From Candidatus Moraniibacteriota bacterium (GTDB lineage Bacteria; Patescibacteriota; Minisyncoccia; Moranbacterales; DUUL01), in the NCBI GenBank assembly GCA_041583775.1, contig JBFHFF010000002.1, positions 274 to 64,273 of the forward strand: a DNA stretch of 64,000 bases, given 5' to 3'. A program made the position numbers and the translations under genes. This document shows positions 1 through 9,781 of this stretch, piece after piece (positions within the stretch are counted from its first letter, which is position 1; each line of letters starts with the position of its first letter). The notes beneath the pieces were generated by a model. The model ran no database searches. It was not told the DNA's origin and was given only the letters and a program-made list of their open reading frames with translations.

Positions 1-719
1 GGTCAAAAAGATGCAAACTCGAGTTCAAATATTGCTATTCTCAATGAAAACAAGAAACCAGCTATAAAATACTCAGCTTTATTCTTTATTTATAAGATTA
101 TATTAGTAGTTTTATTTTTTCCTGCTTTTTTGGTTCTTGGAGGAGGAGCGGGCATTTCTGGAAATATAATTGCTGTCATTTTAGTTCTAATTTTTCTTCT
201 CTCTTTTATTCCTGCGTACATTGGTGCAGACAAAAAACAAAAAGGTTCAACATCTAAAAAAGATTTGATTCAGGCTTTATTACCTATTTTTATTTATATT
301 TTAATAGCTGCACTGATTCTGTTATTAGACTTAGTTGGCCTAGCATAGGCCTGTTGCTATAAAACAGATTATGACACATTCCAGCTCCCGGAATAAAAAA
401 CATTCAAGCGAGCATTTTTTTATAAAAAAGTGACGAACAAAAATTTACAACTTATAATGTTTATGCGATTCCCTAGTTATATTGATGATTTTATTGTGAT
501 TAATCTTAATTATTTGAAACAATTATTAAGCTAAAATCCGGGTGGAACTCGTCTCCATTTTAATCAGTAACAATTCCCTACTCTAAATAGATTAAACCTC
601 CCAAACATACCCACCAGAGGGAGCCACTCTTTTTAAAAGTCTTTATCTAAGTGTTTTTTTATTACAAATAAAACACCTCTTGACCACTTAATCAATACGG
701 AGCAGAATATCAATGTATA

Positions 720-1057
720 TTGATATTATTAACAACCATTATAAAACCCAGTTGTTGCGAAAACAAAAAAACAAAGGGGGGGGAATTAAAAGAAACAGTT
801 GATTTTCTCAAAATTGTGTCTGAGGAAAATCTCCTCAAAATTCTATGTACCCTGAGAAAAAATAATTTTGTGTAGGCGAAATTTGGGAACTGCTTGGGCT
901 GTCTCAAAATCTAGTTTCCAATCATCTCAAGGTTCTAAAGAATTTCAAATCAATAGACTCGAGAAAAGAAGGCATAAAAGTCATCTCTTTTCTAAGCTCC
1001 GAAAATACAAAAAATCGATTCACCCTTAACATCATAACCATTAATACATCTTTATGA
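720..1057 (+). pseudogene. ArsR/SmtB-family transcriptional regulator whose reading frame is interrupted by an apparent 1-nt frameshift near 867-873; no in-frame ATG
   Basis: Two adjacent frames translate to ...DFLKIVSEENLLKILCTLRKNNF(stop) and then CVGEIWELLGLSQNLVSNHLKVLKNFKSIDSRKEGIKVISF... This is the ArsR HTH signature (..C.C/GEL...LGLSQ..VSHHLK.L) split at a short T-run. The terminal TGA (1055-1057) overlaps the ATG at 1054 of the next gene (ATGA). Confidence 0.5.
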
Positions 1058-1347
1058 AAATCCAAGTTCTAGGCTCAGGTTGCCCAACCTGTAAAAAATT
1101 ACTAGAAACCACAAAGAAAGTTGTTAAAGATTTTAAAATTGAGAATGAAGTGGAATATGTCACTGATATATCGGAAATGATCGCTATGGGGGTCATGACC
1201 AGCCCAGTATTGGCCATTGACGGCCAACCTGTTTTGACTGGGGGAAATAAAAGTGAAAAAGAAATAAGGGATGCACTTTGTAATAACATCAAACAAGTGA
1301 GCAAAGAAAACAAATCAAACTGTTGCTCTTGCAATGGAAAGTGCTGA
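1054..1347 (+). CDS. small thioredoxin-fold redox protein (MTH895/redox-active-disulfide-protein-2-like) with a Cys-rich C-terminal tail
   Basis: 97 aa. CPTC motif at residues 10-13 (GSGCPTCKK), a ...AIDGQPV... core and the tail CCSCNGKC. Translationally coupled to the upstream ArsR-like frame. Confidence 0.7.
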   Translation: MKIQVLGSGCPTCKKLLETTKKVVKDFKIENEVEYVTDISEMIAMGVMTSPVLAIDGQPVLTGGNKSEKEIRDALCNNIKQVSKENKSNCCSCNGKC

Positions 1348-1681
1348 CCAATTAAGCCAATTATATTATGGATATTTTTTACCTATTCAACTTTTTGATG
1401 ATATAGCAATTTACGATTGGATAAATGCTACAAACAAATACTGGGAGGCGCAGTCAATTTCTTCATCTATGACACCATAAAAACTGGCTATTTCTTTAAT
1501 TATTTTATTTTCTAAACACACGCTACTTCAAAATTATGAGAAATAATCTATTGCTTTGTATTCAAAATATATTAGCAAAAAAATATAAAATAAAACACAC
1601 CACTATTCAAATGGTCTAAGTAAATAAATTACAAAAAAATAAATTAAACTGTGAGCATTGTAATTAATAAAACTAAAAAAT

Positions 1682-2176
1682 ATGCCATATAAAAAAACAT
1701 CACTCATCTCAATATTATCCTTAATCGTTCTTTTGGTCGGGTGCAATAAGCAAAGTTTTTCTACAGAAAAAAATAGTGCCGAAAATCCTAACACAAAAAT
1801 ATCACAAACAAAAAACCAAATTTCCGACTCAAAAAAGGTTGTTGAAAAATTAGAAGTCTACTATTTTCATCGCACTGCTCGTTGCGTTTCTTGTAAAGCT
1901 ATTGGCAAATACACTAGTCAAACAATGGAGCAAAAATTTAGCAAACAAATTGCCGACGGATTAATTGATTTTCGTGAACTAAATGTCGAACTGCCTGAAA
2001 ATAAAGAAATTGCTAAAAAATTCCAAGCGTCTGGCTCTTCTTTATTTATTAACCGAATTATAGGAGGAAAAGACAATATAGAACAAGATGTCAATGTTTG
2101 GCGCTTGCTTGGCAATGAAGAAAAGTTTAAACAATATTTAGAAAGTAAAATAAACTCTTACTTAGGAATTAAATAA
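1682..2176 (+). CDS. lipoprotein with a CxxC motif (possible extracytoplasmic thiol-redox or metal-binding protein)
   Basis: 164 aa. Signal peptide plus lipobox LLVGC, and the motif RCVSCKAIGKY. The stop is 1 nt before the next start (2178). Confidence 0.6.
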   Translation: MPYKKTSLISILSLIVLLVGCNKQSFSTEKNSAENPNTKISQTKNQISDSKKVVEKLEVYYFHRTARCVSCKAIGKYTSQTMEQKFSKQIADGLIDFRELNVELPENKEIAKKFQASGSSLFINRIIGGKDNIEQDVNVWRLLGNEEKFKQYLESKINSYLGIK

Positions 2177-2177
2177 A

Positions 2178-2894
2178 ATGGAATTTGTAAATTCTTTTAT
2201 TGACACTTATAACATACCTTTGCTCACAGCATTTTTGTTGGGTATTTTAACTTCTATAAGTCCTTGTCCTTTAGCCACAAATATCACTGCCATTGCTTTC
2301 ATCTCAAAAGAATTAAAAACTGTTAAAAATACTTTATTCAATGGCATATTTTACACTGTTGGTCGAGGGGTAAGTTACACCCTTTTAGCCACTTTAATAT
2401 TTTTTGGTTTTTCAAGCTTCTCAATCTCAAGCATTTTTGAAGGATGGGGAGATAAAATATTAGGACCTGTTTTAATTTTCATCGGCCTAGTAATGTTTGA
2501 AAAAATAAACATAAAAATTGGGCTGAAAAATGAAAAAATAGAAAAGACAAAAAATTGGTTGTCCCAAAAAGGATATTTTGGATCTACATTACTTGGCGCT
2601 CTATTCGCACTTGCCTTTTGCCCTTATAGTGGTGTTTTGTTTTTCGGTGTTTTAATTCCTTTGGTTTTGAATTCAAAAGAAGGCCTTTTACTTCCACCTT
2701 TTTTTGCAATTGGGACTGGTTTGCCGGTAATATTTTTTTCATTTTTTATCGCAATTGGTATGCAAAAAATCAATAGAATTTTTCAAGCAACTCAAAAAAT
2801 TGAAAAAATTATGAGACATCTAATTGCTTCGATTTTCATGTTAACAGGAATATACTATTTACAATATATAATAAAATTTTTGTTGCATTTGTAA
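2178..2894 (+). CDS. DsbD_2/CcdA-like polytopic membrane protein with conserved Cys in two TM helices
   Basis: 238 aa and hydrophobic throughout. SPCPLATN in TM1 and AFCPYSGV in a later TM resemble the CcdA/DsbD two-cysteine pattern. Confidence 0.6.
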   Translation: MEFVNSFIDTYNIPLLTAFLLGILTSISPCPLATNITAIAFISKELKTVKNTLFNGIFYTVGRGVSYTLLATLIFFGFSSFSISSIFEGWGDKILGPVLIFIGLVMFEKINIKIGLKNEKIEKTKNWLSQKGYFGSTLLGALFALAFCPYSGVLFFGVLIPLVLNSKEGLLLPPFFAIGTGLPVIFFSFFIAIGMQKINRIFQATQKIEKIMRHLIASIFMLTGIYYLQYIIKFLLHL

Positions 2895-3121
2895 TTTACA
2901 AATTAACTTAAATTCCCCATCACGAAGAACATTAAAATCCTGAATTCATCAATACAAAGTAGGTTTATTGTGTATTAGAAGAATAAACCGAACCACCAAA
3001 TTGAAGCAATAAATACAGACAAACTAAAACTGATATAGTTTTATTGAATATAATAATAAAAAAATGCGTATGTTATAATATACAGAGAAAATTACATACA
3101 AACAATTATTAATATATAAAG

Positions 3122-3466
3122 ATGAAAATCATTAACAAAATATTAGCCCTGATCTTAACGCTTTTCGGAATATTTTTCCTAACTGGATGTAACAGCAAAA
3201 ATGAATCTGAAGAAAAAATTGAATCAATACAAGAAGAATCACCAGATGACTCGCAGTTAGATATTTCCAATGAAACTTCAGAACAACAAAAACTAACCCT
3301 GGACACAAACAAATGTATCGGTTGTGGAAAGTGTGCCAGAATAGCACCTAGCAATTTTGAAATGGACAACAGAAAAGCTGATGTGATATCGCAAGAAAAC
3401 CTAGAAAGCGAAAATGTGCAACAAGCAATAAAAAATTGTCCTATTAATATAATTAAAGTGAGCTAA
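3122..3466 (+). CDS. lipoprotein-anchored single-cluster 4Fe-4S ferredoxin
   Basis: 114 aa. Signal peptide plus lipobox FLTGC. CIGCGKCARIAP ... NCPINII is the CxxCxxC...CP ferredoxin motif. Confidence 0.65.
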   Translation: MKIINKILALILTLFGIFFLTGCNSKNESEEKIESIQEESPDDSQLDISNETSEQQKLTLDTNKCIGCGKCARIAPSNFEMDNRKADVISQENLESENVQQAIKNCPINIIKVS

Positions 3467-3948
3467 TGGAAATTCATCTACTTTTTGCAAAAGCTAGCTG
3501 GCTGACCTTTTTTGTAATATTATTAATACGCCCCTTTTCTGAAATTTTAAATTCGAGCTGGCTAAAAAGCAACCTTAAAAGGCGAAAGGAGCTGGGAATA
3601 ATCTGTGGAATATTCGCCTTTTTGCATATATCAATCTATCTCTACGCAAATAACTTGTTTGACGATTATATTTTTAACTCAGCTTTCTGGAATTTTAAAA
3701 CACTCTTTGCTTGGGGAAATTTAGCCACTGTTTTTTTATTCTTCCCTTTTATAACCTCAAATAATGCGTCAAAAAGATTCCTTAAAAAACATTGGCTAAC
3801 AATTCAAAAACTGTCCTACCCCGCATTTATTTTTACTGGAATTCACATTTATTTAGTAAATAAAAATTGGATACTAGGTTTGGTGCCAGTTCTTATTTGG
3901 CTTGTTGTTTGGACTTGGGCTCAAATCAAAAAACATAAGAATGCCTAA
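3466..3948 (+). CDS. ferric-reductase-like transmembrane heme-binding protein (YedZ/MsrQ-like)
   Basis: 160 aa and polytopic. His residues lie in TM helices (FAFLHISIYL, TGIHIYLV). The start overlaps the upstream stop (TAATG). Confidence 0.55.
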   Translation: MEIHLLFAKASWLTFFVILLIRPFSEILNSSWLKSNLKRRKELGIICGIFAFLHISIYLYANNLFDDYIFNSAFWNFKTLFAWGNLATVFLFFPFITSNNASKRFLKKHWLTIQKLSYPAFIFTGIHIYLVNKNWILGLVPVLIWLVVWTWAQIKKHKNA

Positions 3949-4342
3949 ATAAATAATTGTTACCACAAAAAAACTTTCATTCTAACAAAATCTTACACCA
4001 ACCATCGTTCTTTCTTTAATATAAGATTTAAAACTTATATTTTTTCTTTACTTTCAAGTTTGGAATTCCTAATCCCAACAATCTAACACCTTTTTTTATC
4101 AAGCTCATTTTTTCAAATCAGAGCCTTTTTTTATTTCTCCATAATGCTTGATTTCTCTAAACTCCAAAATAATCTACTTACCGCCAAAATACTGAACAGT
4201 TTTCTGATTGAAAATTTTAACATGTCGTACTTTTCTTCTTCCTTGGTCATATTTTTATTTATTTTTTCATTAGTATTTGACTATGTGTTAGTTTAATAAT
4301 AATGTAAACAAAGTACTTACTTATATTAAAATATTATTAAAT

Positions 4343-4945
4343 ATGAAATTTTTAGAGGCAATGCAAAATCGTTACGCAACAAAAGCATACGATAATAAAA
4401 AGAAAATTAACCATAAGTCTATAGAAGAGTTAAAACAGATTCTTCGCTTAAGTCCATCATCAATCAATGGTCAACCTTGGCAATTCACCTTTGTTCAGAA
4501 CACTATCATTAAAAATAAATTAGCAGAAGCATCTCGTTTTAATGAAGATAGGGTAAAAAACAGCGACATATTAGTTGTATTTAGTGCTATAGATAAAATT
4601 GATTTATTTGAAAAACAGATTAAAGAATATCTGCCCGAAAGAGCTATTGATTATTTTAATAAAATGGTAAAACCTAAAGAAGATGCTGATATAAAAAACT
4701 GGCTTCAAAAACAAGTATACCTAGCATCAGGAATATTTCTAAGTGCTTGTGCCGCAATGAAAATTGACGCAACTCCAATGGAAGGCATTGAAGCTGATAA
4801 ATATGATTCAATTATAAATCCAGATGGCAATTATACTACTTTATTTTCTATTTCCATAGGATATAGAGATCCTGAAGATTCTTTTCAACCTAGCAAAAGA
4901 CCAAAAGAAAGAATGGAATTTGATAAAGTCATAAGAAGTATCTAA
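4343..4945 (+). CDS. NAD(P)H nitroreductase (NfsB/NfnB-like)
   Basis: 200 aa with the nitroreductase N-terminus RYATKAYD...SPSSINGQPWQF. Confidence 0.85.
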   Translation: MKFLEAMQNRYATKAYDNKKKINHKSIEELKQILRLSPSSINGQPWQFTFVQNTIIKNKLAEASRFNEDRVKNSDILVVFSAIDKIDLFEKQIKEYLPERAIDYFNKMVKPKEDADIKNWLQKQVYLASGIFLSACAAMKIDATPMEGIEADKYDSIINPDGNYTTLFSISIGYRDPEDSFQPSKRPKERMEFDKVIRSI

Positions 4946-5016
4946 AATAGAAAATTACCAACCATACTTAAAAGCAATAACCACTGTTTTTTTAAAAAAT
5001 AACTTAAGGATAAATA

Positions 5017-5046
5017 AAACAACACCTCACGGTGTTGTTTTATTTG
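5017..5046 (+). terminator. rho-independent terminator after the nitroreductase gene
   Basis: aaaacaacacc-tcac-ggtgttgtttt followed by a T-run. Confidence 0.7.
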
Positions 5047-5125
5047 ATATTTTTTTCTAAAAATGCGAAAATTGACTGCACGCCTATAGAATGAAAAATT
5101 CTACACAAAGAAACCAAAAACTTCT

Positions 5126-6409
5126 ATGTATCGACTGAGGGGAATAAAATTAAAAAAACAAAAAAAATCTTTCTTTGAAAGTGGTTTATTTAGTTTAAAA
5201 TTTTTCACAGCATTATTCGTTTTCTTTCTAAGTAGCTTCCTTTTTTGGCAACGCAATTTTGTCAAAAATCATGTAGTTGAAATTTTCAACCCTACCACCG
5301 AAGAAGAAAAAAAAGAATCTCTCGCTGAGTCAACTGAAAAAATCACAAGTCACATTATCATGGAAGGTGATATTCCAGCTGATATATTTTCTAAATATGG
5401 AAAATTGGATGCCAATGAAATCACAAATCTCTTAGCAGCGTCAGAAGATATTTTTGACTTTACTCAACTAAAGATTGATAAAGATATTGATTTTATTTTT
5501 GATGAAAATGAAAAACTCAGCAAAATAGCCTACTATCCAACAAGCGAGAGAATGGTTGTCGCAGAAAAAAATGATGGAGATTTCGTAGTAGAAAAAAAAG
5601 ATATTCCATACTTTATAGAAGAAAAAACAGTATCAGTAAAAATCGATGAGTTTCTTTACAAAGATGCCTTAGACGCTGGACTGACAGAGAATAGCATCTT
5701 AGAGATAGCTGATATTTTCTCCTTCGACATTGATTTCACGACTGAAATCCGTGAAGGCGATGAATTAAAAGCCGTTTACCAAAAAAGAACCTTGGATGGA
5801 GTGGATGCTCCCGATGGGAAAGTTTTGGCTGCTAAATTTACAAACAATGACAATTCTTATTTCGCCTATTATTTTAAAAACGAAAATGAAGAGATTGGCA
5901 GTCACTATGATGCTGACGGCAAAGAGCTTGTTCGTCAATTCTTGCGTGCACCACTTAGTTATCGCAAAATCACTTCAGGCTATACTGGCGCAAGATTTCA
6001 TCCAATTACCAAAACGGTTTCCGCACACTATCAAATTGATTATGCCGCTCCGGTTGGAACTCCAGTCGTAGCAACTGCTCGCGGAACAGTCACAAGTGCC
6101 GGATGGGAGACTGGTTGGGGAAATATAGTTAGGATTCGCCACGACAATGGTTACACTACTCACTATGGTCATCTAAGCGCCTACGGAACAGGCATAAAGG
6201 CTGGAGCTACTGTTTCTCAGGTGGAGGTTGTCGGCTTCGTTGGTTCAACTGGATGGTCAACTGGTCCCCATTTGGACTATGGGATGAAACTCAATGGAAA
6301 TCCTGTTAATCCAATGTCTCTGCAACTCCCCAAGGGTACACCACTTGGAGGCGATGTTTTAGAAAAATTCCAACAAAAAAAATCAAAATACGAAGAAGCT
6401 TTGAGATAA
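5126..6409 (+). CDS. M23-family peptidoglycan metalloendopeptidase (membrane-anchored)
   Basis: 427 aa. The C-terminal LytM/M23 motifs HYQIDYAAPVGTPV ... HYGHLS ... GSTGWSTGPHLDY are present. Confidence 0.85.
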   Translation: MYRLRGIKLKKQKKSFFESGLFSLKFFTALFVFFLSSFLFWQRNFVKNHVVEIFNPTTEEEKKESLAESTEKITSHIIMEGDIPADIFSKYGKLDANEITNLLAASEDIFDFTQLKIDKDIDFIFDENEKLSKIAYYPTSERMVVAEKNDGDFVVEKKDIPYFIEEKTVSVKIDEFLYKDALDAGLTENSILEIADIFSFDIDFTTEIREGDELKAVYQKRTLDGVDAPDGKVLAAKFTNNDNSYFAYYFKNENEEIGSHYDADGKELVRQFLRAPLSYRKITSGYTGARFHPITKTVSAHYQIDYAAPVGTPVVATARGTVTSAGWETGWGNIVRIRHDNGYTTHYGHLSAYGTGIKAGATVSQVEVVGFVGSTGWSTGPHLDYGMKLNGNPVNPMSLQLPKGTPLGGDVLEKFQQKKSKYEEALR

Positions 6410-6541
6410 AACAACTAAATAAAAATGTTCTTTAAAAAAATTTTCCATTAGAAATTCAAGTCTCTAATAGTTGAAAATTTTGACAAAAATATTTAATTGA
6501 TAGATACTTGAGTTATCAAGTAATAATTAATTCCTGTTTAA

Positions 6542-6976
6542 ATGCAGAAAATAAACCATTCAATCAAATTCATCCTTGAACTAACAAGAACTCTATCCAT
6601 TTTAAATCGCCGTTTTGATAGCGCTCTTGGCGGACTCAGTCTCAACGAATTCACAATTCTTCATAATCTGAACATAGCCACAAATGAAAAAAAGCGAAGG
6701 ATAGATTTAGCTAATAAAGTCGGGTTAACAGCTTCAGGCGTAACAAGACTATTATTACCGATGGAAAAAATTGGGCTTATTAAAAATGGAAAAAACGAAA
6801 ACGATGCAAGGACTAGATATGTAATGATTTCTTCAAGTGGAAAAAGAATGTTGGATAAAGCAACTGAAGATATGAAATTCTTATTAAATGAGTTAATTCC
6901 ATCAAAAGAAAAAAGTAAATTAAAAGCATTGTCTGAGCTTATTGCTGAAATTGGAGCACGCACTTATATAAAATAA
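6542..6976 (+). CDS. MarR-family transcriptional regulator
   Basis: 144 aa with a winged-helix region LSLNEFTILHNL...RIDLANKVGLTASGVTRLLLPMEKIGLI. Confidence 0.7.
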   Translation: MQKINHSIKFILELTRTLSILNRRFDSALGGLSLNEFTILHNLNIATNEKKRRIDLANKVGLTASGVTRLLLPMEKIGLIKNGKNENDARTRYVMISSSGKRMLDKATEDMKFLLNELIPSKEKSKLKALSELIAEIGARTYIK

Positions 6977-7029
6977 ACTCCTTTGCAATTTTTGCAAAAA
7001 TAAAATTGTTTTGGGGCATAAAATGAAAT

Positions 7030-7656
7030 ATGAAAAAAATATTTCTAGCATTTTTCATAATCTCTCTTTCCGTTCTGCTTTTTCTTTATAATGCAGAATT
7101 ATTTCAAATGTTAAAAAAACTTGAGGATGCTAAAAAAGTTAGTCCTTTTCTTGTGGCGGGGATTCTAATACTTATAAAAACATTTGTAACTCCCCTTGGT
7201 TTCCCCGGGACACCACTCACCCTTTTAACGGGTTCCCTTTTTGGTTATTTTTTTGGCACAATCATTTCTTTAATTGGAAATACATTGGGAGCCTGCTTAG
7301 CATTCCTACTTGCAAGATATGTCTTACAAGAATTTGTACAGAAAAAATTATTGCCTCGTTATATAAAAATAAAAAAATATGAACAAAACATATCCAAACG
7401 AGGACTTGCAACAGTTATTGCACTTCGACTTATTCCTCTATTCCCTTTCAATGCACTTAATTTTCTTCTTGGGGTAACCAGTATTTCATTTAAAAAATAT
7501 ATGTGGGGCTCTTTCATTGGAATGATTCCAGGAACATTCCTTTTTGTCTATTTTGGGGAATCACTCAGATTATTAAGTTTTTTAAATATCCTTTTAGCTA
7601 TAACTGGGATAATAATACTGACTTATCTTGGCAAATTATATGAAAAAAGATTCTAA
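7030..7656 (+). CDS. TVP38/TMEM64 (DedA-superfamily) membrane protein
   Basis: 208 aa with typical DedA/TVP38 motifs: GFPGTPLTLLTGSLFG and LRLIPLFPFNALNFLLGVT. Confidence 0.75.
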   Translation: MKKIFLAFFIISLSVLLFLYNAELFQMLKKLEDAKKVSPFLVAGILILIKTFVTPLGFPGTPLTLLTGSLFGYFFGTIISLIGNTLGACLAFLLARYVLQEFVQKKLLPRYIKIKKYEQNISKRGLATVIALRLIPLFPFNALNFLLGVTSISFKKYMWGSFIGMIPGTFLFVYFGESLRLLSFLNILLAITGIIILTYLGKLYEKRF

Positions 7657-7750
7657 TATAAAAAATTTAAAAAACTCTTACCTTGCTTAAATTAACCAAA
7701 TCAATATAATAACTTTGTGAAATTTTTCCGATACCAAAGGAGGTAGCTTA

Positions 7751-8182
7751 ATGATTGATCTTGATTTTGCAAAAGATACTATTTTAGAAGAAAGGATAAT
7801 GGAATATGGTAATCGTAATTACACGAGGACAATTATTCTTTTATTTGGAACTTTAGGAGAAGAACAATATGCTTCAGTGAATTTTTTTATTGATGCATTA
7901 GAATCCTTCGGTTTAGTTTCTGATGAAAATGACGCGAAGGCGGTTCGTACTAAATTCGGACAAATGACTTCTAGATGGCTAGAAAAGATAGCTTTATCGG
8001 ATCTACTTGAAGAAGATAGAAAAAAAATATGTGAAAATGTAGCGGGGAGGGTGAGTCATAATGGAGTTAAAAGGACACGCTCCATTTTTAAACTAAACAC
8101 AAGAGGTAGGGAGGCCTTAGCAAAAATAAAGACTGAATTACTTCCTAAAAATCAGGCTCCGATGATAGTAATCAACCCATAA
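7751..8182 (+). CDS. hypothetical protein
   Basis: 143-aa ORF with a strong RBS (aaggagg, 7 nt upstream). I recognise no domain. Confidence 0.5.
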   Translation: MIDLDFAKDTILEERIMEYGNRNYTRTIILLFGTLGEEQYASVNFFIDALESFGLVSDENDAKAVRTKFGQMTSRWLEKIALSDLLEEDRKKICENVAGRVSHNGVKRTRSIFKLNTRGREALAKIKTELLPKNQAPMIVINP

Positions 8183-8387
8183 TCATGTTTGAGTGAGGCA
8201 GTAAAAAATAATTAACGCTTCAATGTCAACAAAAAGCTATACTAAATAAAAAGTATGGCTTTTTTCATTTGAAAATTTATGACAAAAACTCATTTATTTT
8301 CAAAAATCAACAAAATAACTTTTATTTTATTTTCCCAAACTTTAAATATGCTATAATAAAATATAGAAATTATAAATAAAAACAAAT

Positions 8388-9749
8388 ATGCAAAAGATAC
8401 TTAGAAACAAAGGCTTCATTGCTGCTTATATCTTAATAGCAACAACAGCTGTCACAATTTTGCTATCTGGTCTTTTGGTTTTTATTTCCTCTTATCAAAG
8501 AAGGGTCCAATCGGAAACTCGTCAACAACAAGCACTTCAGTTTGCCGAAGCTGGTATATATTTTTACAAATGGTACCTATCTTCAAATCTTGACGGAAAA
8601 ACAGATCAGCAAATTGAGGACTTTTGGAAATCTGGAATTGTTTGTGGCCTAGACACAGACTGTCAAAAAACAGTTGTGGATGGCACTGGAGTAGTAGTTG
8701 GAGAATATAACATAGACATTTCATTTCCAGACGCAACAAACCCAGACACTGTAATAGTAACATCGACTGGTTGGGCAAGTAATCACACATCTCAAGCACG
8801 GACAATTCAGGTCAGAATGCGCCGCCCATCTTGGTGCGAATACACAATTCTTTCAAATGGAAATATTAGCATGCTAAATAATACTAATGTTTGGGGAAAA
8901 ATTCATTCAAACGGAACTGTCTTTTTTGATGGTGGTATCGCTTATGGCGAAGTAAGTTCTTCGGTATCAAATGGAATTTTGCCAATTGATGACGATATTT
9001 ATCAAGGAGGAACATCCTCCCCCATTCAACCCGCCGATTTCAGCTCAGTTCAAATCAATATGGATTACCTGAGAAATAAATCTCAAGAATCAGGGGGTAT
9101 ATATCTACCAAAAGACAGTGCCTATGAAGGATACTATACTGAGATAGACTCCGGTGGAACAGAAATAAATACCTGCAAAATAAAAACATACGACCCCAAT
9201 AAATACACCATAAAAAATAAGGATTTCAAAGATTGTCACACTATTTCATTGTCCGGAATAAGTCTCATTTTTGCCGAAGGAAATCTATGGGTTGAAGGAG
9301 ATAAATTACCAGAAGGAAAAAAACTTACAATGGTTTCAGCGGACATTGATGCTCCTGGTGAAAGTGATATTATAATTTATGGTGGTACCAATGCAACATG
9401 TCCCTCCCCGGAAGGAAATGGAGACGGAACGCTCGGCCTTGTTTCTGAGGGCAATATTCTTTTTGCAAGCGTAAACAATAGTAATATAGAATGGTGTGTA
9501 AATGCGGCTTTAATGGCTCAAGGAGGTCAAGTAGCAATGACGCACTTAACTGGAGATTCTGGTATTCATAGCCCCAAAGTTCATCTTACTGGCGCAATTA
9601 TTTCCAATGGAGATTTTGGAATAACTGAAGAAGGGGAAGAATATATTTTAGGAAGCAATGTTATTTTAGATCTTAGTTTTCTCTATGACCCACCACCTTT
9701 TTTTCCTAAAAAAAATTTCTATGAAATTGACCTCTGGGAAGAAATATAA
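8388..9749 (+). CDS. PilX-N-like pilus-associated protein (N-terminal TM anchor, large extracellular region)
   Basis: 453 aa. The N-terminus RNKGFIAAYILIATTAVTILLSG resembles the PilX N-terminal domain. It lacks Glu at +5, so it is not a canonical prepilin. Confidence 0.5.
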   Translation: MQKILRNKGFIAAYILIATTAVTILLSGLLVFISSYQRRVQSETRQQQALQFAEAGIYFYKWYLSSNLDGKTDQQIEDFWKSGIVCGLDTDCQKTVVDGTGVVVGEYNIDISFPDATNPDTVIVTSTGWASNHTSQARTIQVRMRRPSWCEYTILSNGNISMLNNTNVWGKIHSNGTVFFDGGIAYGEVSSSVSNGILPIDDDIYQGGTSSPIQPADFSSVQINMDYLRNKSQESGGIYLPKDSAYEGYYTEIDSGGTEINTCKIKTYDPNKYTIKNKDFKDCHTISLSGISLIFAEGNLWVEGDKLPEGKKLTMVSADIDAPGESDIIIYGGTNATCPSPEGNGDGTLGLVSEGNILFASVNNSNIEWCVNAALMAQGGQVAMTHLTGDSGIHSPKVHLTGAIISNGDFGITEEGEEYILGSNVILDLSFLYDPPPFFPKKNFYEIDLWEEI

Positions 9750-9751
9750 AC

Positions 9752-9779
9752 TTTTGCTTATTATTAAAAAAAGCAAAAA
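9752..9779. terminator. bidirectional terminator between convergent genes
   Basis: ttttgctt-attattaaaaa-aagcaaaa hairpin. Confidence 0.6.
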
Positions 9780-9781
9780 TA

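Noticed and set aside
130-348. 72-aa hydrophobic ORF at the window edge
   Set aside because: It may be a small membrane protein, but it has no motif and the upstream context is truncated. The support is not enough to call it.
710-907. 65-aa ORF on the minus strand
   Set aside because: It lies antisense across the ArsR-like frames and has no RBS or motif. The + strand HTH explains the region.
5796-6172. Overlapping alternative-frame ORFs inside the M23 peptidase gene
   Set aside because: They are shadow ORFs. The peptidase frame carries the catalytic motifs.
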